Shown in pieces: positions 10,207-18,850 of a stretch of 64,000 nucleotides of DNA (position 1 is the first letter of the stretch; the number at the start of each line of letters is the position of its first letter). A program made the position numbers and the translations under genes. This stretch comes from Solirubrobacterales bacterium (lineage in GTDB: Bacteria; Actinomycetota; Thermoleophilia; Solirubrobacterales; 70-9): contig DATFON010000065.1 in NCBI GenBank assembly GCA_035265465.1, forward strand, positions 262 to 64,261, written 5' to 3'. The notes beneath the pieces were generated by a model. It made no database searches and was not told the DNA's origin. It saw only the letters and a list, made by a program, of their open reading frames with translations.

Positions 10207-10707
10207 TCAGCTGAACGGGCCGGCCCGGCGAACGCGCTGGCCTGGCCCGAGCTTCTCAAGGGCGGCGTCGAGCCGGGTTCCGTCGGGCAGCGCCAGATCG
10301 GGGTCGAGCTCGAGTAGCGGCGCCAGCACGAAGCGCCGACTCGTGACCTGCGGATGCGGGAGCGTCAGGCGCTCCGTCCGAAGCTCGACGTCACCGAGCA
10401 TGAGTAGATCGATGTCCAGCGGGCGCGGGCCGTGGCGCGGGCCTCCGAGCATGCGCCCCTGATCGGCCTCGATCGCTTTGCACAGGTCGAGCAGGTCCTC
10501 CGGCTCCAGCTCGGTGCGGATTCGTGCTGCCGCGTTCAGAAAGTCCGGCTGGTCGAGCACCTCGCCGACCGGCTCGGTCGCGTACAGCGACGAGGTCGCG
10601 TCCACCTCGACCCCACGCTCGTTCAGCGCGTTCACCGCGGCGCGGAGGTGGGATCGGCTGTCGCCCACGTTCGAGCCGAGGCCCAGGTACCCGGTCCGCG
10701 CGCTCAC
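10207..10707 (-). CDS. folK: 2-amino-4-hydroxy-6-hydroxymethyldihydropteridine diphosphokinase
   Basis: 166 aa. YLGLGSNVGD...PRPLDIDLL...LTLPHP motifs. Confidence 0.9.
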   Translation of the reverse strand: MSARTGYLGLGSNVGDSRSHLRAAVNALNERGVEVDATSSLYATEPVGEVLDQPDFLNAAARIRTELEPEDLLDLCKAIEADQGRMLGGPRHGPRPLDIDLLMLGDVELRTERLTLPHPQVTSRRFVLAPLLELDPDLALPDGTRLDAALEKLGPGQRVRRAGPFS

Positions 10708-11126
10708 TCCTCTCCGTCGTTCTCCCCGCCGACATCGCCCGCGGCGCGCTCGTGCACGACCTCTACCGCGACTTGCTCGACGGCGATCGGCAACGGCGGC
10801 TCGGGCTTGGCGGCCCGCACCCGCACCGACTCGCAGCTAAAGCGCTCCATCAGCCGCTCGGCGATCACGTGGCAGAGGCGCTCGAGCGTCCTGTAGCTGC
10901 GCTCCGTTGCGCCGAGTGCCACGATGTCGCAGACCTCTGCGTAATCGACCGTGTCCTCCACCCGATCCGTGAGCACGGCATCGCAATCGGGAACGTCGAT
11001 GCTGACGTCGATCTCGAGGCGCTGGCCGGTCTCCCGCTCGGCCTCCGTCACCCCGTGATGCGTATAGATGGAGAGACCGCGAACCTCGACCTCTACTGAC
11101 GCGCTGTCACCCGGATCCGGTTCCAC
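10704..11126 (-). CDS. folB: dihydroneopterin aldolase
   Basis: Core VRGLSIYTHHGVTEAERETGQRLEIDVSI...DYAEV. 4-nt overlap with the folK start. Start set to in-frame GTG 11126; the remainder of the 305-aa track ORF overlaps folP out of frame. Confidence 0.8.
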   Translation of the reverse strand: MEPDPGDSASVEVEVRGLSIYTHHGVTEAERETGQRLEIDVSIDVPDCDAVLTDRVEDTVDYAEVCDIVALGATERSYRTLERLCHVIAERLMERFSCESVRVRAAKPEPPLPIAVEQVAVEVVHERAAGDVGGENDGEE

Positions 11127-11167
11127 GGGCGGACCGTACCAGCGGCGAGAAAGGCGCCCGCGATCCG

Positions 11168-11965
11168 CTAGTCCGAGGCTGCCTCGAGGATCGTCTCGGC
11201 GACCCGAGCTGCCTGGTGAACCTCGGCGACGTCGTGAACTCGCAGAACGTCGGCGCCCGCCCGCAACGCCAGCACGCTGCTCGCGATCGTGCCACCAAGG
11301 CGATCGTCCACCTCTCGGTCGGTGATGCTGCCGATGAAGCGCTTGCGCGAGGTTCCGACCACGATGGACCGCCCGAGTTGGCGCAGCTCGCCGAGCCGGC
11401 TCAACAGCTCGAGGTTGTGACGGACGGTCTTCCCGAACCCGATGCCGGGATCGACCCAGATGCGGTCCTCCGCGATCCCCTCGCCAGTGGCGAACTTGAT
11501 CCGCTCGGCGAGGAACGCCATAACGTCGTCCACCACGTCGTCGTAGGTGGGGTTCTCCTGCATCGTCCGGGGCGTCCCCTGCATGTGCATCAACACCACG
11601 ACGCACCCGCGGTCGGCGCACAGGCCGGCGAGCGCCGGCTCGGTCCGCAGAGCGGTCACGTCGTTGACGATCTCCGCACCCGCGTCGAGCGCGGTCTCGG
11701 CTACGGCAGCTTTCGAGGTGTCGATCGAGATGGCCGCATCCACACCGTCCAGGCCCGCCATGACCGGGGCCACCCGAGCGAGCTCCTCCTCGGCGCTCAC
11801 GGCACGCGCGCCGGGCCGGGTTGATTCGCCGCCGATGTCGAGAAGCTCGGCGCCGTCGGCGACGAGCTGGCGTGCGTGGGCGATGGCGCGCTCGGGAGCA
11901 AGGAACAGCCCCCCGTCGGAGAACGAGTCGGGGGTCACGTTGACGATGCCCATCAGCCGGGCCAT
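11168..11965 (-). CDS. folP: dihydropteroate synthase
   Basis: 265 aa. MGIVNVTPDSFSDGG, DIGGESTRPGA, GFGKT motifs. Confidence 0.92.
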   Translation of the reverse strand: MARLMGIVNVTPDSFSDGGLFLAPERAIAHARQLVADGAELLDIGGESTRPGARAVSAEEELARVAPVMAGLDGVDAAISIDTSKAAVAETALDAGAEIVNDVTALRTEPALAGLCADRGCVVVLMHMQGTPRTMQENPTYDDVVDDVMAFLAERIKFATGEGIAEDRIWVDPGIGFGKTVRHNLELLSRLGELRQLGRSIVVGTSRKRFIGSITDREVDDRLGGTIASSVLALRAGADVLRVHDVAEVHQAARVAETILEAASD

Positions 11966-11987
11966 GCGCTGAGTATCCCCGCCCGCG

Positions 11988-12323
11988 CTACTCCGCCCGG
12001 ATCAGGTTCCCGGAGGGGTCGAGCTCGACGAAGTGATGCGCCTCCCCGTCGCGGAACCGCTTGCACTGGTTCGCGGGATCGTCATCCACCGATTGGCGCG
12101 GATCGTGGGCGATATCGGCGACCCAGTCGGGCAGCCCCGGCAGCCGCTCGGCTATGCACGGGCCGCGGTCGAGGTCCCTGCCGCCGGACTTCGCCTCGTC
12201 GTAGGCCCGCTGCGCCTCGGCCACGGCGCGATCCTGATCACTTGGGCCGGTGCCGCTATCGCCGCCGCAGCCGCCTAGGAGGGCGACGGCGGCGAGCAGG
12301 GCAAGGAGAGGAACGCGTCGCAT
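11988..12323 (-). CDS. small lipoprotein, function unknown
   Basis: ATG 12323 gives MRRVPLLALLAAVALLGGCGG (lipobox LGGC). High third-position GC. No family recognised. Confidence 0.5.
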   Translation of the reverse strand: MRRVPLLALLAAVALLGGCGGDSGTGPSDQDRAVAEAQRAYDEAKSGGRDLDRGPCIAERLPGLPDWVADIAHDPRQSVDDDPANQCKRFRDGEAHHFVELDPSGNLIRAE

Positions 12324-12389
12324 GACCAAAACGCTACCGACGCGAGAGAGGCGCGAGTCCGCCAACCCGACGTACGCCTCGCGTCAAGG

Positions 12390-12420
12390 CAATCCGCATC
12401 CGAGGGGTGGATGCGGATTG
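12390..12420 (-). terminator. hairpin downstream of ftsH (candidate terminator, no U-tract)
   Basis: CAATCCGCATCC-GAGGGGT-GGATGCGGATTG, perfect 12-bp stem, ~80 nt after the ftsH stop on the minus strand. Confidence 0.45.
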
Positions 12421-12500
12421 ACTCGACCCGCCTTGAACGAAGCGCCCGTCTCTCTCCCTGCGCCGTAAACGCGCCGGGGGACCGGGCCGGATGTCGCGCG

Positions 12501-14483
12501 TTAGGGGCGCTCGTTCGGGTCGTCCGCGCGCATGTCCGCGGTCCCGCCGGCGAGGCCCGGACGCGGGCGTGGCACCGGGCGAGGACCCTCGCGGGCGGCC
12601 GGCTTCTCGGCCTCGGCCTCGGGCTGGTCTGGCACCCGAGTCTCCTCTTCCTCGTCCCCGAAGACCTCCTCCTCGGAGGCGCCGTCGAGGAGCTTCGCGA
12701 ACTCCTCCGCGTCAATCGTCTCGCGCTCCAGGAGGATCTTCGAGATCGCGTCGAGCGCCTCGCGCCGCTCGCCCAGGATGTCCTTCGCGGTCTGGTGCGC
12801 CTCCTCGACGATGCGGCGGATCTCGTCGTCGATCTCGCGGGCGATCTCGTCGGAGTAGTCCGGCTCGGCGGAGAACTCGCGCCCCAGGAACGGCTGGGAG
12901 CGGTCGTGGCCGAAGACCCGTGGGCCGAGGCGCTCGGACATCCCGAAGCGCATGACCATCTGCTTCGCCGTCTCGGTGACCTTCTCGAGGTCGTTCGAGG
13001 CGCCGGTCGTGATCTCGCTGAAGATGATCTCCTCGGCGGCGCGGCCGCCCAGGGTCATCGCCATCGTGTCGGTCAGCTCCGCGCGGGTGGTCAGGAACTT
13101 GTCCTCCGTCGGCAGGGAGATCGTGTAGCCCAGGGCCTGGCCGCGGCTGATGATCGAGATCTTGTGGACGGGATCGGTGTTGGGCAGCAGGTGGCCGACG
13201 ATCGCGTGGCCGAGCTCGTGGTAGGCGGTGACGAGGCGCTCCTTCTCGGACATCACCCGGCTCTTCTTCTCGGGGCCGGCGATCACGCGCATGATCCCCT
13301 CCTCGAGCTCGTGCATCGTGATCTCGCGCTTGTTGGAGCGCGCGGTCAGGAGCGCCGCCTCGTTGATGAGGTTGGCGAGGTCGGCGCCGGTGAAGCCCGG
13401 CGTCTGCCCGGCGAGCGTGTCCAGGTCGATCTTCTTGGCGAGCGGCTTGCCGCGGGTGTGCACCTCGAGGATCCGCTTCCGGCCCTTGCGGTCGGGCCGG
13501 TCGACGACGATCTGGCGGTCGAAGCGCCCGGGCCGCAGCAGCGCCGGATCGAGGATGTCCGGGCGGTTGGTGGCGGCGATGAGGATGATGTTGTCCTTCA
13601 TCTCGAAGCCGTCCATCTCCACGAGGAGCTGGTTCAGAGTCTGCTCGCGCTCGTCGTGGCCGCCGCCCATGCCCGCGCCGCGGTGCCGACCGACGGCGTC
13701 GATCTCGTCCATGAAGATGATGCAGGGGGAGTTCTGCTTCGCCTGCTCGAACAGGTCGCGGACGCGACTCGCGCCCACACCGACGAACATCTCGACAAAG
13801 TCCGAGCCGGAGATGGAGAAGAACGGCACGCCGGCCTCGCCGGCAACCGCGCGCGCCAGCAGCGTCTTCCCCGTGCCGGGCGGGCCATAGAGGAGGACGC
13901 CCTTGGGGATACGCGCCCCGAGGGCCTGGAAACGTTTCGGATTCTCGAGGAACTCCTTGATCTCGTGAAGCTCCTGCACCGCCTCGTCGACCCCCGCGAC
14001 GTCACGGAAGGTGATCTTGGGCGCGTCGACCGACATGCGCTTCGCCCGTGACTTGCCGAAGCTCATCACGCGCGAGCCACCGCCCTGCATCTGGTTCATC
14101 AGGAAGACCCAGAACCCGAAGAAGAGTAGGAACGGCAGGATGTAGGTGAGGATCGAGAGGAAGCTCGAGCCACCGGTTCCCTCGACCTTGGTCGCGACGT
14201 TCTTCTTCGCCAGCAGGTCGATGACCTGGCTCTGGGCGTTGCCCGCGGTCGGATACCCGGTGGAGTAGCTCTTGCCGTCCGGCTCGTCGACGGTGATCGA
14301 GCTGGCCTTCTGGTCGAAGGTGACCGACTCGATCGACGACGGATTGTTCTTCACCTGCGATATGAACTGGTCGTAGGTCGGCGTCTGCTCGCTTGAGGGG
14401 CTGCTGATCAGCCGCTGCGCGAAGAACGCGAGCACGATCACGATCAGGATCGGGAATGCCGCGCTGCGGAAGAAGCGCCTCAT
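12501..14483 (-). CDS. ftsH: ATP-dependent zinc metalloprotease FtsH
   Basis: Start at ATG 14483 ([21 protein letters not shown], first TM). Walker [17 protein letters not shown] region, HEXXH = [10 protein letters not shown]. The track ORF extends 75 aa too far upstream. Confidence 0.95.
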   Translation of the reverse strand: MRRFFRSAAFPILIVIVLAFFAQRLISSPSSEQTPTYDQFISQVKNNPSSIESVTFDQKASSITVDEPDGKSYSTGYPTAGNAQSQVIDLLAKKNVATKVEGTGGSSFLSILTYILPFLLFFGFWVFLMNQMQGGGSRVMSFGKSRAKRMSVDAPKITFRDVAGVDEAVQELHEIKEFLENPKRFQALGARIPKGVLLYGPPGTGKTLLARAVAGEAGVPFFSISGSDFVEMFVGVGASRVRDLFEQAKQNSPCIIFMDEIDAVGRHRGAGMGGGHDEREQTLNQLLVEMDGFEMKDNIILIAATNRPDILDPALLRPGRFDRQIVVDRPDRKGRKRILEVHTRGKPLAKKIDLDTLAGQTPGFTGADLANLINEAALLTARSNKREITMHELEEGIMRVIAGPEKKSRVMSEKERLVTAYHELGHAIVGHLLPNTDPVHKISIISRGQALGYTISLPTEDKFLTTRAELTDTMAMTLGGRAAEEIIFSEITTGASNDLEKVTETAKQMVMRFGMSERLGPRVFGHDRSQPFLGREFSAEPDYSDEIAREIDDEIRRIVEEAHQTAKDILGERREALDAISKILLERETIDAEEFAKLLDGASEEEVFGDEEEETRVPDQPEAEAEKPAAREGPRPVPRPRPGLAGGTADMRADDPNERP

Positions 14484-14622
14484 CTCGAATCCCTCGAGCC
14501 GGCGGCAGGCGCGGCGCTCGCGAGAAAGGTGCGGTGAAGCTGATGGAACTTGCGCATGATCTAAGGGGGGTTCTGGAGCCCCGCGAACGACTGGAATGAG
14601 CGTACCAGGGTGCCTATACCGT

Positions 14623-15174
14623 TTAAGGGGCGTCTGACGACTGGTCCGAGTCCGCCAAAACGGCGACGTAGTCGAGGTTCCTGTACCGCTGGGCGTAGTC
14701 CAGGCCATATCCGATCACGAACCGATTCGGGATCTCGAATCCGACGTAGCGGATCGGCAGATCCACCCGCCGCCGATCCGGCTTGGTCAACAGAGCGCAG
14801 ACCTCGAGTGAGGCGGGATTTCGTGCGTTCAGGTTGCGCAGCAGGTAATGGAGCGTGAGCCCGGAGTCGATGATGTCCTCGACGATCAGCACGTCACGCC
14901 CCTCGATCGACGAGTCGAGGTCCTTGAGGATGCGGACCACGCCAGACGAGTCCGTCTCGGAGCCATAGCTCGAGACCGCCATGAAGTCGATCTCGCAGGG
15001 AACGGTCGCGAAGCGCATCAGGTCCCCGAGGAACAGGACGGCACCCTTGAGGATCCCGATCATGACGAGGTCCCGTCCCTCGTAATCGCGGCTGATCTCG
15101 GCGGCCAGGGCCTTGACGCGGCTCTGGAGCTCGGGGGCGGGGACGAGGATCTCGCCGATCGCGGAATCGTCCAT
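14623..15174 (-). CDS. hpt: hypoxanthine phosphoribosyltransferase
   Basis: 183 aa. PRPP-binding motif [13 protein letters not shown]. Conserved position upstream of ftsH. Confidence 0.9.
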   Translation of the reverse strand: MDDSAIGEILVPAPELQSRVKALAAEISRDYEGRDLVMIGILKGAVLFLGDLMRFATVPCEIDFMAVSSYGSETDSSGVVRILKDLDSSIEGRDVLIVEDIIDSGLTLHYLLRNLNARNPASLEVCALLTKPDRRRVDLPIRYVGFEIPNRFVIGYGLDYAQRYRNLDYVAVLADSDQSSDAP

Positions 15175-15275
15175 GGCGGCGTGAGTCTACGTTCCGATCA
15201 CGCCCGCGGGGGCGCCGGCGGAGAGGGCGAGTAGGGCAGCGACGAACCGGCCCAAATCCGGCAGTCGCCCGGCTT

Positions 15276-15314
15276 GTGGACGTTTGCTTTCGCATAGCGA
15301 AACAAACCGTCCAC
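15276..15314. repeat. 39-nt imperfect hairpin/palindrome with CGC-ATA-GCG apex (copy 1 of a family)
   Basis: GTGGACGTTTGCTTTCGC-ATA-GCGAAACAAACCGTCCAC. 17 bp with two 1-nt bulges. 35 nt after the tilS stop and ~100 nt upstream of the hpt start. Confidence 0.6.
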
Positions 15315-15349
15315 GCGGGCCGCAAATCTGCCGGGGCGCGGCGAGTCGC

Positions 15350-16702
15350 TCAGTCCAACGCTCGCGCCGTCAGCACGGCGACCTCCCGTGCGTCCGCCGG
15401 AAGTCGAAAGTCCTCGGATACCGCCACGCCGGCGACCCAGACGACCCGTCCCGCCGCCGTCACCACCGGAAGGTGGTGCCGCAGGGAGCGTGGCACGCCG
15501 CGATCCGTGAAGAGGTCCTGGAGGCTCTTCGTGCCGTTCATGCCCAGCGGGCGGATCCGGTCTCCGTCGCGCCAGGTGCGGACCACGAGCTCATCTCCGA
15601 GGGCTTCCGCGTCGAGCGTCGCCAGGTCGGGCCCGGCGGGCTCGAGCGGGCCCGCGCGAATCTCCGCTCGCACCTCCCACCGCCCGAAGCGGCAGCTTCC
15701 GGGCACCCGCAGCGGTGCCGGGGCGGGCGCCGCATCCGCCTCGGATGACGTCTCGAACCTGATCAGCCCCTGCTCGCAGATCGCACGGACGCCGTGGCCG
15801 AGGTCGACCTCGCCGCCCTCCGGCATCAGCGCGAGCCGCATGATCTGCGCCGCGCGGCGGCGGCCCAGCGGCACAGCGCGCCCGGTGGCCCGCTCCGCGA
15901 GCGCGCGCAGGGCGAGACGTCGAAGCGCGGGCTCGGAGCCCTCCAGCGCCTCGGCGCGGATCGCGACCGCTCCCGCGCCGGCTCCCGCCGCCTCCAGCGC
16001 CTCCAGAACGACCCGGTCGAGCAACCGGGCCTCCTCGATCATCTCGGCCTGGGTCTCGGCGATGTTGCGCTCCGCGGCCGGACTCAGGTCTCGCAGCACC
16101 GGCAGGATCTCGGCCCGGATCCGATTCCGGGCGAACGCCGGATCGAGGTTCGTCTCATCGTCGGCGAACGGCAACGCCGCCTCGGTCGCGAGCTGGCGGA
16201 GCTCGGCGCGCTCCATTTCGATGAGCGGCCGAATCACGCGGCCGCTCTGGACCGGCAGGCAGCGGAGGCTCCGCGCCCCCGGCGAGACCGCGAGGCGATA
16301 GACCAGGGTCTCGGCCAGGTCCGTTCGGGTGTGGCCGGTCGCGATCCAATCGCCGCCCGCGCGAATCCGCAGGCGCTCGGCCGCCGCGTAACGGAACTCG
16401 CGAGCGGCGGCCTGGATGTTGCCCTGGAGGGTCGCCGGGCGCTCGATGTGCAGGTCGATTCGAAGCCGCGAGCAAAGATCCCTGCAAACGCTCTCGTCGC
16501 GGCTCGCGGTATCGCGAAGGCCGTAGTTGATGTGGAGCGCATGGACGCGTTCGGGTCCGATCGCCCGCGCCATCCCGGCGGCGACGCATGCCGAGTCGGG
16601 GCCGCCGGAGGCCAGCACGACCCCCGACGAGATGGCGTCCACCAGGCCGCTTCGCCGCACGGCCTCGGTGAGGCGATCCAGGGCCTCCTCTCTTCCACCC
16701 AT
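15350..16702 (-). CDS. tilS: tRNA(Ile)-lysidine synthase
   Basis: Start at ATG 16702 (MGGREEALDRL...). PP-loop SGGPDS in VVLASGGPDSACVAAG. Conserved neighbour of hpt/ftsH. Confidence 0.85.
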   Translation of the reverse strand: MGGREEALDRLTEAVRRSGLVDAISSGVVLASGGPDSACVAAGMARAIGPERVHALHINYGLRDTASRDESVCRDLCSRLRIDLHIERPATLQGNIQAAAREFRYAAAERLRIRAGGDWIATGHTRTDLAETLVYRLAVSPGARSLRCLPVQSGRVIRPLIEMERAELRQLATEAALPFADDETNLDPAFARNRIRAEILPVLRDLSPAAERNIAETQAEMIEEARLLDRVVLEALEAAGAGAGAVAIRAEALEGSEPALRRLALRALAERATGRAVPLGRRRAAQIMRLALMPEGGEVDLGHGVRAICEQGLIRFETSSEADAAPAPAPLRVPGSCRFGRWEVRAEIRAGPLEPAGPDLATLDAEALGDELVVRTWRDGDRIRPLGMNGTKSLQDLFTDRGVPRSLRHHLPVVTAAGRVVWVAGVAVSEDFRLPADAREVAVLTARALD

Positions 16703-16760
16703 ATCGCCGATCTTAAGGCGACGAGCGGCGCGAGCCGCGGCTACTCGGAGGCTGGCGCTC

Positions 16761-17978
16761 CTAGTCGTAAGGGACCCGCTCGGGAGCGGAGTCCGCCTCG
16801 CGGGCCCGGGCAACGAAGAGCTCGACCGGCTGCGGGAATCCCTTCAGCTCGACGCCGCCGATCGGATCGAATTCGAGATAGCCCGACTCGCCGATCGCAT
16901 CCGCGACTGCGGCGGTGACCATCACCTCGCCACCGAGGGCCCGCGCGACCACGCGATGGGCGAGGTTCACCTCGCTTCCGAAGTAGTCGCCGTCCCGATA
17001 TACGGCGCGACCGCAGTGGACGCCCACCCGCGGTTGGGGCCGCTCCTGGAACAGGCCGAGGAACCCGACCGCCCACTCGGTGAGCGTCACGGGGTCCGGG
17101 GAGACGATCATCACCTCGTCGCCGATCGTCTTGACGACGAGCGCCTCGGCTGGAAGCGTCGCCTCAACAGTCTCGACGAATCGCTCCACGAGGTCGAACG
17201 CCTCCTCATCCCCCTCCTCCTCCGTGTAACGGGTGAACCCGGTCAGGTCGACGAAGCAGAACGCCATCTGGACCCGGCCCAGCTGGCGCTGCCCCGCGAG
17301 CTCGGTCTCCATGTGGCCGACGACGTCCTGCTCGATGTAGAAGCGCAGGTAGCGCTGGTGGATGTACTCCATCAATGGCGACGTGATCGGGAGGAGGTCT
17401 CGCGCGAGTCCCTCCATCTCCTCCGCCATCTGAAGTGCGTCGACCCCCTGCCGGATGAGGGGCTCGTGGACGTACAGGTGGAACAACCGCACCTCCGCCT
17501 CGGCGATCTTGCGAACCGACTGGGCGTAGACCCGGATGAGCTGGAGCAGCGCCACCAGTGGAAACCCTGCCCGCAGGACGTCCCGGATGTGCTCCATCGC
17601 GACGACGTCCTGCTCGTTGAGGGTTCCCTCGAGGGCGGTGGGCGTACCCAGCAGCGACATCATCCGCTCGATCAGGGCCTCCTCGAGGCCCGTCCGCTCC
17701 GCCGCTTCCAGACGCGTCATGTTGCGCTCGCGCCCCGGAAAGAGGTCCTCGACGTAGCCGAACGCCAGACGGCCTTCGCGAACCGCGCGGCGCAGCTCGG
17801 CGAGCGAATGCCCCCGTTCGCGCAGCCGGCTCACGACCCGGGCCTGAGCCGCCGCGGCGGTGGTCCACCTCCCGCCCCTGACCGGGATCACCCCTGCCTT
17901 GACCCACCGCTGCAGGGTGGATGACGAGACCCCCGCGATCCTCGATGCCTCGCTCAGAGAGATGTGATCGTCCGGCAT
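16761..17978 (-). CDS. MerR-family HTH fused to class III adenylate/guanylate cyclase domain
   Basis: N-terminus ISLSEASRIAGVSSSTLQRWVKAGVIP...GHSLAELRRAV (MerR HTH). C-terminus FCFVDLTGFTRYTEE...KTIGDEVMIV...VGVHCGRAVYRDGDYFGSEVNLAHRV (cyclase catalytic core). Confidence 0.8.
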   Translation of the reverse strand: MPDDHISLSEASRIAGVSSSTLQRWVKAGVIPVRGGRWTTAAAAQARVVSRLRERGHSLAELRRAVREGRLAFGYVEDLFPGRERNMTRLEAAERTGLEEALIERMMSLLGTPTALEGTLNEQDVVAMEHIRDVLRAGFPLVALLQLIRVYAQSVRKIAEAEVRLFHLYVHEPLIRQGVDALQMAEEMEGLARDLLPITSPLMEYIHQRYLRFYIEQDVVGHMETELAGQRQLGRVQMAFCFVDLTGFTRYTEEEGDEEAFDLVERFVETVEATLPAEALVVKTIGDEVMIVSPDPVTLTEWAVGFLGLFQERPQPRVGVHCGRAVYRDGDYFGSEVNLAHRVVARALGGEVMVTAAVADAIGESGYLEFDPIGGVELKGFPQPVELFVARAREADSAPERVPYD

Positions 17979-18318
17979 CGGGATCGATCCTTTCAGGGTC
18001 GGCCGGCAGTTGGCGCGCGCGTTGGACGGACCATCAATCGACGACCCAACGGAAACGGCTCCTAACGTGGAGCGACGGGGCTCGCGGCCCCGTCGCCCGC
18101 GGGCGTTCGGCCCGCCGCGTCGGCCTACGGCACTGCTGGTGCCTCGCGGGTCCGCTCCTCCGCCCCAGTCGCCGAAGGGCGACGGGAGCGGCGCCCACTG
18201 CGGCCTGTTTCCGATCTCTCGGTGCTGAGCCTACGCCGACGGCCGCCCCACGTCAACGCCGATTTGATGCGCGCCGATCACCAGGACGGGGCACCGAGGG
18301 AGGGTCACACGGCGGATT

Positions 18319-18356
18319 TGGACGTCTGGTTTCGCTATGCGAAACAAACGGTCCAC
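18319..18356. repeat. imperfect hairpin/palindrome with CGC-TAT-GCG apex (copy 2, inverted relative to copy 1)
   Basis: TGGACGTCTGGTTTCGC-TAT-GCGAAACAAACGGTCCAC. Its reverse complement aligns with copy 1 over ~40 nt, and a flanking AAATC(C/T)GCCG motif is shared. 37 nt after the SCP2 gene stop. Confidence 0.6.
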
Positions 18357-18393
18357 ATGGGCTACAAGCGCCGCCCGCGCGCCGACGCGCGCC

Positions 18394-18831
18394 CTACTCC
18401 AGCACCAGGTGCGGGTGCTCCTGGGTCACCACCCGACTGTAGGAGCTCACGAGCAACCGGAGCGCCGGGATGTAGACGAGCGCTGACCGGGTGTCGCCGG
18501 TTGCCTGCACACGGCCGCGAGCGATCGCGATCGCCAGGCTCTCCTTCCCCTGGAGATAGGCATTGGCCACCTCCGAGCCCATCATCAGCGTGAGCTTGGG
18601 CTTCCAGTCGACCTGGTCCGAGAATTGCCAGGTCAGGTGATGGTCGCCTTCCTCCGTCGCGGCGAGGTTGAGCACCAGCGGGAGGTCCGGGAACTCGAAT
18701 CGGACACGAAGGTCCGCAGCGCGCAGCAGTGGGCCGGCGTGCTCGTCGGCGTCAGTCTCGGTGAGCACCTCGTCCAGCAGGTGCCGGAACTCCGCCGCGG
18801 CGCCTGACGACGATCCCATCCCGGTCCCCAT
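18394..18831 (-). CDS. SCP2 sterol/lipid-binding domain protein
   Basis: Start at ATG 18831 (MGTGMGSSS...). LNLAATEEGDHHLTWQF...KLTLMMGSEVANAYLQGKESLAIAIARGRV resembles the SCP2 fold. Confidence 0.6.
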   Translation of the reverse strand: MGTGMGSSSGAAAEFRHLLDEVLTETDADEHAGPLLRAADLRVRFEFPDLPLVLNLAATEEGDHHLTWQFSDQVDWKPKLTLMMGSEVANAYLQGKESLAIAIARGRVQATGDTRSALVYIPALRLLVSSYSRVVTQEHPHLVLE

Positions 18832-18850
18832 CTCAGGATGGAGGCTATCG

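Noticed and set aside
12411-14051. 546-aa plus-strand ORF
   Set aside because: It is antisense to ftsH and shows the same low-complexity L/R/D/G composition. FtsH motifs are unambiguous on the minus strand.
15276-15314. ClgR operator upstream of hpt-ftsH
   Set aside because: As I recall them, ClgR-type sites have a 5-nt spacer between CGC and GCG; here the spacer is 3 nt. No similar site is seen upstream of clpC in this window.
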